A DNA stretch of 64,000 bases from Cenarchaeum sp. GTDB lineage: Archaea > Thermoproteota > Nitrososphaeria > Nitrososphaerales > Nitrosopumilaceae. Within the stretch, counting starts at the first letter, position 1. The number at the start of each line of letters is the position of its first letter. The position numbers and the translations under genes were made by a program. The notes beneath the pieces are model-generated. The model saw only the letters and a list, made by a program, of their open reading frames with translations, ran no database searches and had not been told where the DNA came from. The stretch covers positions 864,001-928,000 of the forward strand of contig OZ243037.1 of NCBI GenBank assembly GCA_965212015.1, written 5' to 3'. This document shows, piece after piece, positions 43,469-53,829 of this stretch.

Positions 43469-44890
43469 TCATGCAGTAGGGTCCAACAGCCGTCCCATGA
43501 ACAGTATCATGCCGCTCTCATCATCCTGTATTATGAACAAAAACGGGTGATTCGCAGTAAAGTCCGGGGGCACAGACGTTACGGACGTTATCGTGGTTAC
43601 CGCAGCAGCTTCCGTACCCTCCTCGTTTACATCAACGAACGCGTCCTGGGTTGCCTTGCCCACATACAGGTTTCTTATGTCAGTCGTGTCTGCAATTGAC
43701 AAAAGATTCGCATAATATTCATCAAAGACATCAGTCATTCCAAGATTTTTCAGGAATTCGCCGAGATTATATTTTGTCTCCATGGTAAACTTTGGCATGC
43801 TTACGGCCAATTCGGCATCAGACATGTTCTGGTTCCACTGCGATATCATCTCTGAAGATATGGACTCCTCAAGTGCGGCAATACCGTCCCGATCACTTGG
43901 AAGAGCCACCAGCATGGAGAGTCTGTCCCCCTTGTACGGCAGCTTTAGCACCTGCACACCATCATGCCGAGTGTGATTGAATATTCCCGTAACATGCATA
44001 AAATCCGCATTCACGCTTTCCGCGCCGCTTGTCCAAAAGCCGGCCTGTTGCGTGGCCTCTGTAGGAAACTGCGTCACCCATGTCCCCTTGAAGTATATTG
44101 CATTTGTGATTACCATGGCGGTAAGATGATTCACATCTTCGGAGCCGAGTACCGTCTTTATCTTTTGGTTGGTGTTATCAGATGCCCATGTGTTGATCTT
44201 TTTTACGCCATCATCCATGAAATCCACCGACTCTACGCTAGAAAGATACGTTCCGCGCGCGACATCAAGGTACGACTCGTACGGTGAAAACCAGTCTGCA
44301 AGCCATAACGCGTTTGCCATGGCCAGTGTCGCATGCGGGTCGTCCCGGTTGAGGGATTCCATGGCACGCGCCGTGTGATTGTGGCGCACATCGGCATCAG
44401 ATTCAAAGCCAAACACGTCCTGCATCTGCTGTGCAGTATTTCCCCTTGCCCCCTCGTACAGCACGGAAAATGCCACATACATTCCAGAAGGTGAAAAGAA
44501 CAGATTGGCATCGTTATCAGATATCTGCCTGTAAAAATCCACTGCAAAAATATTGTTTGCAGTTGTAATATTTTGCGGGATTGTAAAGTTTGCCTGTGGA
44601 TTGTCTTTTGGAATCGTGGAATGATCCTGTGGGCCTGGCACACCGTCAATTACATCTGCCAAATCCTGCAAAACAATCTCCCATCCGCGCGATTCCAGTT
44701 TCTTTGCCGTATTCTCGTACACGCAGGCAGGTTTTCCGGACTGTGACTGCACCAGTGTTTTGTCGGCACTGCATTGGATCTCATTTAACGGGGTGCCGTT
44801 TTCTAATTGTTGTAATGGAGTGGATTCTGCAAACACGGGAGTCAAAACCACGATTGACAGCAGTGCCAATACGCATGCCAGATACATCAC
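43469..44890 (-). CDS. secreted serpin with thaumarchaeal N-terminal Cys domain
   Basis: NLFFSP, NAIYFKGTW, EEGTEAAA hinge, NHPFLFII and LFMGR motifs; signal peptide. Confidence 0.95.
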   Translation of the reverse strand: MMYLACVLALLSIVVLTPVFAESTPLQQLENGTPLNEIQCSADKTLVQSQSGKPACVYENTAKKLESRGWEIVLQDLADVIDGVPGPQDHSTIPKDNPQANFTIPQNITTANNIFAVDFYRQISDNDANLFFSPSGMYVAFSVLYEGARGNTAQQMQDVFGFESDADVRHNHTARAMESLNRDDPHATLAMANALWLADWFSPYESYLDVARGTYLSSVESVDFMDDGVKKINTWASDNTNQKIKTVLGSEDVNHLTAMVITNAIYFKGTWVTQFPTEATQQAGFWTSGAESVNADFMHVTGIFNHTRHDGVQVLKLPYKGDRLSMLVALPSDRDGIAALEESISSEMISQWNQNMSDAELAVSMPKFTMETKYNLGEFLKNLGMTDVFDEYYANLLSIADTTDIRNLYVGKATQDAFVDVNEEGTEAAAVTTITSVTSVPPDFTANHPFLFIIQDDESGMILFMGRLLDPTA

Positions 44891-45093
44891 GGATTAACAC
44901 AAAATTTATGATATTTATGATGTTCGCATAATTGCATCGAAGGTATGATGGTTTTGAATAGACAAAAAACAGAGATCCTGCCAGTTTCATCCGAAATGCA
45001 TGAGGCGCATGCTTGATTTATCGTATAATGTCGGATGTTGCCACCTTACAGCATCCGTCATATAGGTCTCTTGCAAATCAGAATGTAATCAAT

Positions 45094-46416
45094 TCATGCA
45101 GTAGGGTCCGACAGTCGCCCCATGAACAGTATCGTACCGCTCTCATCATCCTGTATTATGAATATGAACGGGTGGTTTGCATCAAATGTAGGGGATCCAC
45201 TTTGTGCAGTTATCGATGCGCCCGTTACTGCGACTGCTTCTGTGCCCTCTTCGTTTACATCAACGAACGCATCATGAACCGCCTTGAACACGTAAAGATT
45301 TTTGCCAGACGTATCTGCAATTCCCGAGAGATCCGCATCATTAGGTGAAAAGACGTCCACCATCCCCAGATTTTTCATGATTTCTTCTAGTTCATAGTGC
45401 GTTCCCGTCGTGAATTTGGGCATAGAGACATGTATGTATATGTCGCTCAGATCTTGATTCCATTGTGTTATCATCTCGGAGGATATGGATTCCTCAAGTG
45501 CGGCAATACCGTCCAGATTTCTTGGAAGAGCCACCAGCATTGAAAGCCTGTCCCCCTTGTACGGAAGCTTTAGCACCTGCACACCATCATGTATGGTGTG
45601 ACTGAATTTGCCTACAACATGCATAAAATCCGTATTCACAGTTTTCGAGTCATTTATCCAAAAGTCATCCTTATACGTGGCCTCTGTACGAAACTGTGTC
45701 ACCCATGTCCCCTTGAAATATATGGCATTGGTCATCACCATGGCAGTCAAATCATTTACACTATCAGACTCGAGTACTTTTTTTATTTTTTTATTAGTAT
45801 TGTCAGATGCCCACGCGTTGATCTTTTTTACGCCGTCACCCGTGAAATCCACCGACTCCACACTAGAAAGATACGTTCCGCGCGCAACATCAAGGTACGA
45901 CTCGTACGGTGAAAACCAGTCTGCAAGCCATAACGCGTTTGCCATGGCCAGTGTCGCATGCGGGTCGTCCCGGTTGAGGGACGCCATGGTCTGTGCCGAG
46001 TAATTGTGCCTGGCATCCGTATCAGATTCAAAGCCAAACACGTCCTGCATCTGCTGTGCAGTATCATTTTTTGCCCCCTCGTACAATACAGAAAAGGCCA
46101 CGTACATTCCGGAGGGAGAAAAGAACAGATTGTCATCATTATTAGATATCTGCCTGTAAAAGTCCACTGCAAAGTCATTGTTTGCCACGGCTATATCCTT
46201 TGGAATAACTCCGGATCCTGGTTGTATGCTGGCAACTATGTACTGCGGAAGATTCACAATATGCGATGAAATGTATGGTAACAGCTCCCCGCTAAATAGC
46301 AATTCTAGCGCATAAATGATCGTATTAGGATAATAAACCGTGCCCAGAACAAAACTCACGCCAAATACGACCAGTATGGTAAAAACCACCAGAGGAATCT
46401 TGTATCTTTTTCTCAC
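45094..46416 (-). CDS. membrane-anchored serpin
   Basis: Same serpin motifs, EEGTEAVA hinge; N-terminal TM helix. Confidence 0.95.
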   Translation of the reverse strand: MRKRYKIPLVVFTILVVFGVSFVLGTVYYPNTIIYALELLFSGELLPYISSHIVNLPQYIVASIQPGSGVIPKDIAVANNDFAVDFYRQISNNDDNLFFSPSGMYVAFSVLYEGAKNDTAQQMQDVFGFESDTDARHNYSAQTMASLNRDDPHATLAMANALWLADWFSPYESYLDVARGTYLSSVESVDFTGDGVKKINAWASDNTNKKIKKVLESDSVNDLTAMVMTNAIYFKGTWVTQFRTEATYKDDFWINDSKTVNTDFMHVVGKFSHTIHDGVQVLKLPYKGDRLSMLVALPRNLDGIAALEESISSEMITQWNQDLSDIYIHVSMPKFTTGTHYELEEIMKNLGMVDVFSPNDADLSGIADTSGKNLYVFKAVHDAFVDVNEEGTEAVAVTGASITAQSGSPTFDANHPFIFIIQDDESGTILFMGRLSDPTA

Positions 46417-46624
46417 AATATCCGGCCAATCCTCGGATCGGATTTAAACATCACTATCATTTAAAATGAGAGTAATAAAATCCATCCCGAATGCGGCGCG
46501 GATCTAAAATGCAGCATCAACTCTACATCGTTCTGGGGCCAAAATCCCAGCCTCGACACCATAATCACGATAAATTCCTAGAAAATCTAAAGCCACCTTT
46601 GGGATATGATTAATCCGATTTCCG

Positions 46625-46779
46625 AACTTCAGTGTTTTCAGGTATTTAAAGAGGCCAACTTCAGTGTTTTCAGGTATTTAAAGAGGCCAACTTCAGTGTT
46701 TTCAGGTATTTAAAGAGGCCAACTTCAGTGTTTTCAGGTATTTAAAGAGGCCAACTTCAGTGTTTTCAGGTATTTAAAG
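46625..46779. repeat. 32-bp perfect tandem repeat x4.8 containing TATTTAAA
   Basis: aacttcagtgttttcaggtatttaaagaggcc at 46625, 46657, 46689, 46721 and partial at 46753. Confidence 0.93.
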
Positions 46780-46974
46780 CGCCAGAGATTGCAGTTCCCA
46801 CGGTATAGTCCCAAAATTGCCCCCATACACCACCGATTCGGAGCCAAAATACCCCCAAGGGCCAGAATCCGGCCGCAAAACTCCCAAATCGCACGCCTAT
46901 GTTAAATGGGTTTTACTCACAGATAACACAAATTACACTTGGATTTTAAAAGTGAACTATTTCATACATGTAGC

Positions 46975-48519
46975 ATGAAAAGGGCACTTGCAATGGCAGT
47001 CATATGCGCATTTTTCACGCTAATGCTCAACCCGGCATATGCCGAGGTAAAGACAGTGGAGCTGGGCCAGCCCTCCTATTCCAACGAGGAATCCATAAAG
47101 TTTGTTGGAACCAACAAAAAGGACAATACCTCAGTCGTGGTAATGATCAGGGATTCGGCAGGAAAGTTCGTGGCAGGACTCGACGACCCGTTCCCGGATT
47201 CTGACGGGACGTTTGAGACGTCCTCAAAGAAAGTCAAGGACGCATTCACAACGCCGGGGATATACAATGCCACAGTCTTTGCCAACAACCAAAAGGAGGC
47301 AGACGGAACCGTGATACGGCTGCAGTACGACGGGGACAAGGTGTTTCCAATGCCGGACTTTATCCTAAAGCTAGAAAAGATCAGATTCAAGGCGGCAGAC
47401 GAGCATGTGACACTAGAGTTTACCGTACAGCTCACAAAAGATTCCGTTGACGGGGCGACATTCAGCCTGGACGGCGAGCCTGCCGGCGCGGCAATCGACT
47501 CAAAGACGGGCAAATTTACGTGGACTCCCACCGGCAAGCAGGGCAGTATAAAGGGGACGAGTTACAGCTTTGACATAATAGTAAGCAAGGGCACCGTACA
47601 GGACACAAGGCAGGCCAAAGTCACGGTGTTTGAGGCAGAGCCAAAGCCGGCCATACCAAAGATGATCCTCGAGCCCATCGCACAGCCTGCTGCAGCACAG
47701 GAGGACAAGGCCGCAGAGCCGGAAATCATACAGGCAGACGAGCTTGGCGTTGCCACGTTTGTAGACGAGTCAAAGGATCCGTTCCACTATATCAACAGGT
47801 ACAACAATGAACCGGCATATCAAAAGTGGTTTGATGAGAATTATCCAGAGTATGATTCAATATACGAGGCAGTCGGCCTAAAGGGCGTTGCCGACTTTGT
47901 AGAGTCCGACAAGATTCCACAGTACTATATCGACAGGTACGACAAAGAGCCGGCATACAAGAAATGGTTTGATGAGAATTATCCCGAGTATGACTCGATA
48001 TACGAGGCCGTAGGCGCCAAGGAGCCCGGAACATCAAATGTTCCAGACGAGTCCAACAAGCCGATATTCGGCGAGTGCGGAATCGGCACCAGCCTTGTGG
48101 ACGATCACTGCGAGATTGACAAAAAGCCCGGCGGATGCCTGATTGCCACTGCAGCATACGGCTCTGAGCTGGCACCGCAGGTGCAGATGCTGCGCGAAAT
48201 ACGGGACAATACGCTGCTCTCCACGGAATCCGGCGCGACATTCATGTCCGGATTCAGCGACGTATACTATACATTCTCACCCGGTATAGCAGACCTTGAG
48301 AGGCAGAATCCGGCGTTCCGGGAGGCAGTAAGGCTGTTTATCACCCCGATGCTGGCCACCCTGTCCATAATGACGCTGGCCGAAGAGGGCTCTGAATCGC
48401 AGGTGCTGGCACTCGGAATATCAGTCATTGCCCTGAACCTCGGAATGTACATTGCGGCACCCGCACTGGCAGGCATGAAGATCAGAGACCACATTAGAAA
48501 GACAAAACACCCGCTTTAG
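46975..48519 (+). CDS. secreted Ig-like domain protein with CFI-box-CTERM domain
   Basis: Signal peptide, TGKFTWTP Ig-like domain, duplicated RYxxEPAYxKWFDENYPEYDSIYEAVG, GGCLIATAAYGSELAPQVQMLREIRD. Confidence 0.88.
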   Translation: MKRALAMAVICAFFTLMLNPAYAEVKTVELGQPSYSNEESIKFVGTNKKDNTSVVVMIRDSAGKFVAGLDDPFPDSDGTFETSSKKVKDAFTTPGIYNATVFANNQKEADGTVIRLQYDGDKVFPMPDFILKLEKIRFKAADEHVTLEFTVQLTKDSVDGATFSLDGEPAGAAIDSKTGKFTWTPTGKQGSIKGTSYSFDIIVSKGTVQDTRQAKVTVFEAEPKPAIPKMILEPIAQPAAAQEDKAAEPEIIQADELGVATFVDESKDPFHYINRYNNEPAYQKWFDENYPEYDSIYEAVGLKGVADFVESDKIPQYYIDRYDKEPAYKKWFDENYPEYDSIYEAVGAKEPGTSNVPDESNKPIFGECGIGTSLVDDHCEIDKKPGGCLIATAAYGSELAPQVQMLREIRDNTLLSTESGATFMSGFSDVYYTFSPGIADLERQNPAFREAVRLFITPMLATLSIMTLAEEGSESQVLALGISVIALNLGMYIAAPALAGMKIRDHIRKTKHPL

Positions 48520-48573
48520 CCCAAAAATCCGAATTATCAGATTATTTAATTAGCGTATGTCCGGGGTCATATC

Positions 48574-49872
48574 ATGACAAAATGGGCCGATTACCTCGTA
48601 TCTGCCGTACAGTACGACCGCGCACGGCAGGTGACCCGGCTGAGGAGGCACGCAGATACAGGTGAGATAGGTACAGGTGAGATAATCGACAAGGCCACCG
48701 CAGTGTCTGACATTTCCAGGGGGGTCTCGTACATGACAATCCACGGCACGATATCGAACTGGAAGCTCGGAGAGAGGATCAGGGCCCCGCAGGTCGGGGG
48801 GCAGTTCCGGCTCAGGGCAGACGACAACAAGGTCGAATATGACAATCTCGGAAGCGTACTGGAGCTGGAGACAGACCCGGTACCGGATGCTGCCAGGCCG
48901 GCAAAGGCAGTCAAAAAGCGCCAGCTGCACATATCGGCAAAAGACAAGGCAATGCTCAAAAACATGGGCGCCGCCCCCGGTGATGTCTCACAGGCACACA
49001 CCGAGACCAGTCCGCAACCAGAGCTGGAAAACATCCGGCACGGTTCGCCGCGCGGGGCACTGCCTAAGGGATTTGAGGATACTGCCCGCAGGGACGCACC
49101 CGCAGATGATGCGCGCGACACAAAGGATGACGGACCAAAGGTTTCTACTCATGGCACGCTGCCAAAGGGTTTTGATACCGTACAAGAATCGCACAAAACC
49201 GCAAAGGATGACGGGCCGCAGGTTTCTACTCATGGCACGCTGCCAAAGGGTTTTGATAGTACAACTAACAAGGATGCACCCGCAAAGACAGAATCCCCCG
49301 ACACGCTGCCAAAAGATGATGCCGCACAGAAGGAATCTTTGCACGAAACCGTAAAGGATGCAGAGCCTCCGCGCAAGACTCCGCCAAAAGAGACGAGCAA
49401 GATTCCTCCGAAAGATATTCCAAAGGACGCAGAGCCGCCGCGTAAAATTCCGCCAAAGAAAACACCCAAAAAGGCAGAGCCTCCGCGCAAGACTCCGCCA
49501 AAAGAGACGAGCAAGATTCCTCCGAAAGATATTCCAAAGGACGCAGAGCCGCCGCGTAAAATTCCGCCAAAGAAAACACCCAAGGCAGAGCTGCTGCGCA
49601 GCACCACTCCCAAAAAAAAGCCAAAGGCCAAGGATGCCAAAAAGCCAGATGCAAAGCGCAAGGAGAGCCTGGACGACATCAGAAGACAGATTCTCGCGCT
49701 AAAAAAAGAGATAAAAAAATTCGACCGGGGCTCAGTAGAGATATACTGTGCAAAATGCAAAAAGAAAAGAACCATCAGGGATGCAAAGCGCACCAGAGAG
49801 GACGGGATATCGGCGCTCAGGGGCACGTGCCCCACATGCAAGGGCGGCGTGTATCGCGCAGTAAAGCACTAG
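48574..49872 (+). CDS. DUF3892-like N-terminal domain, Pro/Lys-rich linker and DUF5679-like Zn ribbon
   Basis: WADYLVSAVQY N-terminus; YCAKCK...GTCPTC C-terminus. Confidence 0.8.
   Translation: MTKWADYLVSAVQYDRARQVTRLRRHADTGEIGTGEIIDKATAVSDISRGVSYMTIHGTISNWKLGERIRAPQVGGQFRLRADDNKVEYDNLGSVLELETDPVPDAARPAKAVKKRQLHISAKDKAMLKNMGAAPGDVSQAHTETSPQPELENIRHGSPRGALPKGFEDTARRDAPADDARDTKDDGPKVSTHGTLPKGFDTVQESHKTAKDDGPQVSTHGTLPKGFDSTTNKDAPAKTESPDTLPKDDAAQKESLHETVKDAEPPRKTPPKETSKIPPKDIPKDAEPPRKIPPKKTPKKAEPPRKTPPKETSKIPPKDIPKDAEPPRKIPPKKTPKAELLRSTTPKKKPKAKDAKKPDAKRKESLDDIRRQILALKKEIKKFDRGSVEIYCAKCKKKRTIRDAKRTREDGISALRGTCPTCKGGVYRAVKH
49360..49583. repeat. 114-bp tandem duplication within the CDS
   Basis: Units start at 49360 and 49474 (38 aa, AEPPRKTPPKETSK...). 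Confidence 0.88.
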
Positions 49873-49956
49873 TCGGGATTTTTGGGCAGCAGCTTGACTG
49901 TGGCCTTTTGTATTCCGTACGTCCTGTCGTTTATTCCCTTGTAGCGTATGGTGTGC

Positions 49957-50325
49957 TCACACGGTACTGACATTCCAGGTATTGTCAATCCATACCCCCG
50001 CAACATCCACCCCGAGGTTCCACGATTCGGCCACCCGTACTGCCTGCCGGATGCACTCCATATGCTGCTCGTCAGACACCGGATTGCCTGCGCACTCTGC
50101 GTGGCCGGATACCACTATCAGCCCCGACTTGTGCGCCCGAATCGAGATTACGGCCTTTTTTCTCAGGACCTCTGCAGTCTCTGGATCCGAGATCCTCTTG
50201 TCAAGGCCGGGCTCTGTTATCGTATCCACATAGTCTACAGTATAGTTTTTTTTAATCCAGTCCGCAACCGGCCCCTGAATCCTGCCGTCAATGCAGCTAA
50301 TCGAGGTCGCAAAGATCCCTGCCAT
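49957..50325 (-). CDS. putative (beta-type-like) carbonic anhydrase
   Basis: SCIDGRIQ...SGHAECAGNP Zn ligands. Confidence 0.75.
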   Translation of the reverse strand: MAGIFATSISCIDGRIQGPVADWIKKNYTVDYVDTITEPGLDKRISDPETAEVLRKKAVISIRAHKSGLIVVSGHAECAGNPVSDEQHMECIRQAVRVAESWNLGVDVAGVWIDNTWNVSTV

Positions 50326-50366
50326 ACGCGTTGCTTTTTAAGGCCTGCAAATAAAAATGATTACGG

Positions 50367-50675
50367 ATGAACCCGTTATTCCAGCTCAGCACAAGGACGT
50401 ACGACAAGGAGATTGTCCTGGTGAAAAGAGCCATGGACGAATTGGGGGCAAAATGCGGCATAAAGGACGGCTATAGGCTCGGCGAGCCAAAAAACACCGC
50501 CGGATGGACCTTTTTTGACGTACAGCTAGGCCCGGAAATGTTTGCGGCAATAGAGACCTCCGGAATGATGGAGGGCGCACGCGGATACAGGATTGGTGAG
50601 CAGACAAAGAACTTTTTGGGGCATTTTCTGGAACAGTACGGAAGCCGCGTCCGGATAAAGCAGATAGGCTACTAG
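50367..50675 (+). CDS. conserved hypothetical protein
   Basis: 102-aa ORF with core-like codon usage. Confidence 0.7.
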   Translation: MNPLFQLSTRTYDKEIVLVKRAMDELGAKCGIKDGYRLGEPKNTAGWTFFDVQLGPEMFAAIETSGMMEGARGYRIGEQTKNFLGHFLEQYGSRVRIKQIGY

Positions 50676-50773
50676 CGGCGCACCCAAGTCCTGCGGATTT
50701 TTAGATAGTTTTCTGGCGCATCCGGGTTTTGCAGGCCTGTGGGCAAAGTAGGCGTGAATGGCGCAAACGCACC

Positions 50774-50983
50774 CTAGTATTCGTCGTATTCCTCATCGTC
50801 GTCCTTGTTTTCAATTATTTTGCCGTCCTTTACTGCCAGGGTTTCCATCACCATGTCCCCGTCCTTGAACGTGAGACGGTCGCCCCATACCGCTTTTGCC
50901 CGATCAGTCGGCCTGAAATTTTCATCCAGCCATTCTACGGGCAATTCCAGAGGTTCGTCCCTGGATTCATCATCTGAATCCAT
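50774..50983 (-). CDS. small acidic hypothetical protein
   Basis: 69-aa ORF. Confidence 0.6.
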   Translation of the reverse strand: MDSDDESRDEPLELPVEWLDENFRPTDRAKAVWGDRLTFKDGDMVMETLAVKDGKIIENKDDDEEYDEY

Positions 50984-51167
50984 TTTTTTTAGTGTCCTTG
51001 GATTCCATGTACGGTGAATGCCTGAATATCCTATATGTCTTTAGAATCGTTTGAGGCTTTGCCCAAAAATATCCAAAACACGCAATGTCCCGAATTATGT
51101 CGCAGATGGCAAATGCTTGGCAGGGGTTGCCTCAAAATTTAAAATAACACATACTTGCAATGACATC

Positions 51168-51452
51168 ATGAAAACGACGTATACGAAAAATGACAAGCTT
51201 TTACTGCGGATGGTCAGAATGAGGATTAATAGCAAGAACCCGATGTACTGTGACGGGATTAGCAAGGACTGGCTGATAGCCACTATACAAAGCTTGGGTC
51301 AGGAACTGGATGATGGCGATGTGGATACGGCCATACGGGAGGGGATGCTGGTTGACTCAGGAAAAAATTTTCTCGGTCAAAAAATATACCGACCTGCAGA
51401 ATATGTGTCTGATGATAAAAGCGTTCAAAAAAACCCAATTACAAAACCCTGA
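51168..51452 (+). CDS. hypothetical protein (possible wHTH)
   Basis: ATG 51168 preceded by TTTAAAATA. Confidence 0.55.
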   Translation: MKTTYTKNDKLLLRMVRMRINSKNPMYCDGISKDWLIATIQSLGQELDDGDVDTAIREGMLVDSGKNFLGQKIYRPAEYVSDDKSVQKNPITKP

Positions 51453-51683
51453 AAAGCACAAAAGTACAGGCAAAAAACGGCATGAACGCCAAAAACCCGG
51501 CAGACTGGCCAGTCAAGAAATTACAATGCCGCACGCAGGTATGAAAAACTTGAGAAAAAAAGGCATGCAGAAAAGATCACATTGACTGGGACGATCTGGA
51601 GGACAGATCCAGAAAAGATGCCTGTGATTATGTGGTTTTTCAGGCCGGCAAAACCTTTTATCATACAATTGTAGAGGGCTTAC

Positions 51684-51977
51684 ATGAAAGATAATAATGG
51701 CAATTCCACAAAACCGCACACCAGGCAAGAGCTGATTCTTGCCGCCATGAACAGCAAGAGCAGAATCCACATCCTGCACACGCTCGATTCAGAGGGATCA
51801 CTGGCACTGTCCAGACTTGCCTCCCTGGCAGGGTTTGCGTCAAGTGAAAATGCCGGAAAATTCGAGTTTCACGTAAAAAAGCTCTCTACATCACGCCTCG
51901 TAGAGCTAGACGGATCAAACGTATGCAGCATTACTGACACTGGCAGAAAGGCCCTGAATTTTGCAAGACAGCTCTGA
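51684..51977 (+). CDS. ArsR-like winged helix-turn-helix protein
   Basis: SRIHILHTL...GKFEFHVKKL...ITDTGRKAL. Confidence 0.8.
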   Translation: MKDNNGNSTKPHTRQELILAAMNSKSRIHILHTLDSEGSLALSRLASLAGFASSENAGKFEFHVKKLSTSRLVELDGSNVCSITDTGRKALNFARQL

Positions 51978-52181
51978 GCTGCAGGCAATCCAGTAAAATC
52001 CGGGCGCGCGAACTTTGGTATGGTTGTGTTCGCAGTCACATATCATTTGGGTGTTTGAAAAACACGGACCATACACCGCCTGCTGCCGGCCACTACAGAG
52101 TTTTAGACTGTGTGCCCGGGCCAGAACCCTGCATAATCCGAATCTAGAGGTTATAAATACGGGAGTATGCGCAGTACCGGC

Positions 52182-52313
52182 ATGCCAAGCATGAAATGCG
52201 TATCGTGTGGGATTGGATTCTTTTCCCCCACGGGATCAGACAGGTGCTCAAAGTGCTCAGAAAAAGAGACACAGCAGGGCCACGACTCTTGTGGCTGCGG
52301 ACACAGCCACTAG
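52182..52313 (+). CDS. 43-aa Cys/His-rich metal-binding microprotein
   Basis: MPSMKCVSCG...RCSKC...HDSCGCGHSH; TTATAAATA at 52151-52159. Confidence 0.7.
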   Translation: MPSMKCVSCGIGFFSPTGSDRCSKCSEKETQQGHDSCGCGHSH

Positions 52314-52328
52314 GGATTTTTTTTTACA

Positions 52329-53294
52329 CTAGAGCGAATCTACCATCAGCGCTATGAACAGCACCGCAAGGTACGGGCTTGAAAACTTGAAGAGCGTCCA
52401 TGACGCCCTCTCTGTCGGCCTTGCCACAACCCATGCGGACAGTGCTATCATTAATCCGCCGGATGCCACGGCAGTCCACATGTACACCGGACCCACCGCG
52501 TCGAGGGGAATCATGCCGGCAATAATCCCGGTGCGGTCATCATAAACCGGCGTCTCTATTGCCAAAAATATCGGCGCCATGCTGAACAGAAACATTACCA
52601 CGGTAGATGCGGCAATTATCCGCGCAGAGGTCTTTTCGGACTGAACCGCGGTGAGCATCGGCACGTTCACCTTGTTGTAATCGTCCTTAAAGTGGAGCGT
52701 CAGCGCCCAGATGTGCATCGGAATCCAGATAAATACAAGCCCGGCCATTACCAGACCCATGGTCCACAGCTCAGTCACGGTGACTGCAACCCAGCCTATC
52801 AGTGGCGGCATGCCGCCGCACAGCCCGCCAAGTATTATGTTCAGGCGGCTGCGCCTCTTTAGCAGGTATGAATAGATCAAGACATTGTTAAAAAGTCCGA
52901 ACGCAATGAACGCACCTGCCAGCATTCCCTGTATAGGGCTCGTCGTAAAAGACATTCCAAACGCCATTGCAAGTGAGATTCCCGCAAGCACAAACCCAAA
53001 GTTGCGCGCATTTACAGCAGTAATCCTGCCGGAGGGAATCGGGCGCTTTTTTGTGCGCTCCATTATCCCGTCAATGTCCCTGTCGTGATAGTTGGTCAGC
53101 ACGTTTGCAGCAGCCGATCCGGCTGCCACCGATCCCAGCATCAGCGCCCACGTGGCACCGGAGATTGGAATGTCATAAATGTTGGAGGCCGTGACGGCGG
53201 CTCCGATCGCAGTAAACACCAGCAAGTACCATATCTTTGGCTTGCTTAGCTCGTAATATACGGCTGCCCTTGATTGCGTCTTTTGTTTCTGCAC
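52329..53294 (-). CDS. cyoE: protoheme IX farnesyltransferase (heme o synthase)
   Basis: NYHDRDIDGIMERTKKRPIPSG and HFKDDY motifs. Confidence 0.95.
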   Translation of the reverse strand: MQKQKTQSRAAVYYELSKPKIWYLLVFTAIGAAVTASNIYDIPISGATWALMLGSVAAGSAAANVLTNYHDRDIDGIMERTKKRPIPSGRITAVNARNFGFVLAGISLAMAFGMSFTTSPIQGMLAGAFIAFGLFNNVLIYSYLLKRRSRLNIILGGLCGGMPPLIGWVAVTVTELWTMGLVMAGLVFIWIPMHIWALTLHFKDDYNKVNVPMLTAVQSEKTSARIIAASTVVMFLFSMAPIFLAIETPVYDDRTGIIAGMIPLDAVGPVYMWTAVASGGLMIALSAWVVARPTERASWTLFKFSSPYLAVLFIALMVDSL

Positions 53295-53304
53295 CCATCT
53301 CCAC

Positions 53305-53763
53305 CTATTTTGTTGGCATATATGGCATTGCTTTTTCCCTGCTCTTCATCTCGATAAAGCTCTCGGAGGATATTATGCCGTCTATCTTTCCAATCTCGTC
53401 GGAGACTATCCCGTGCATCTCGTCGAGTGCGCGGGCGTATATCGTAACTAGCACGTCGAACCTGCCGGTCACCTCTGCAATCTTGCGCACGCCGCCTATC
53501 CCAAATAGCGCGTCAATCACGCTGTCCCTCTTTTTGGAGTCCATGTTCAGCCCGATCAGCGCCTTGACCTGGTATCCGAGCTCGTGGTCGTTTACCACTA
53601 TGGTGAACCGCTCGATGAGCCTTCGCTTTACCAGCCGCTTTATCCGGGAGTATACCACACTAGAGTTTATGTTGATCTTTTCGGAGAGCTTTGGCACAGA
53701 GATTGACGCATCCTCGGAGAGCTCTGAGAGTATCATCAGGTCCAGCTTGTCCACCTTTATCAT
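53305..53763 (-). CDS. Lrp/AsnC family transcriptional regulator
   Basis: DKLDLMIL...SRIKRL HTH; VTGRFD. Confidence 0.92.
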   Translation of the reverse strand: MIKVDKLDLMILSELSEDASISVPKLSEKININSSVVYSRIKRLVKRRLIERFTIVVNDHELGYQVKALIGLNMDSKKRDSVIDALFGIGGVRKIAEVTGRFDVLVTIYARALDEMHGIVSDEIGKIDGIISSESFIEMKSREKAMPYMPTK

Positions 53764-53829
53764 ATAATCACGCCCGATTCAAAACCACGTATGGAATTTA
53801 TAAATCTTAAACGGTTTTTGTGAAAAAAA

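Noticed and set aside
46625-46779. CRISPR array
   Set aside because: The units are contiguous and identical with no unique spacers, and there are no cas genes in the window
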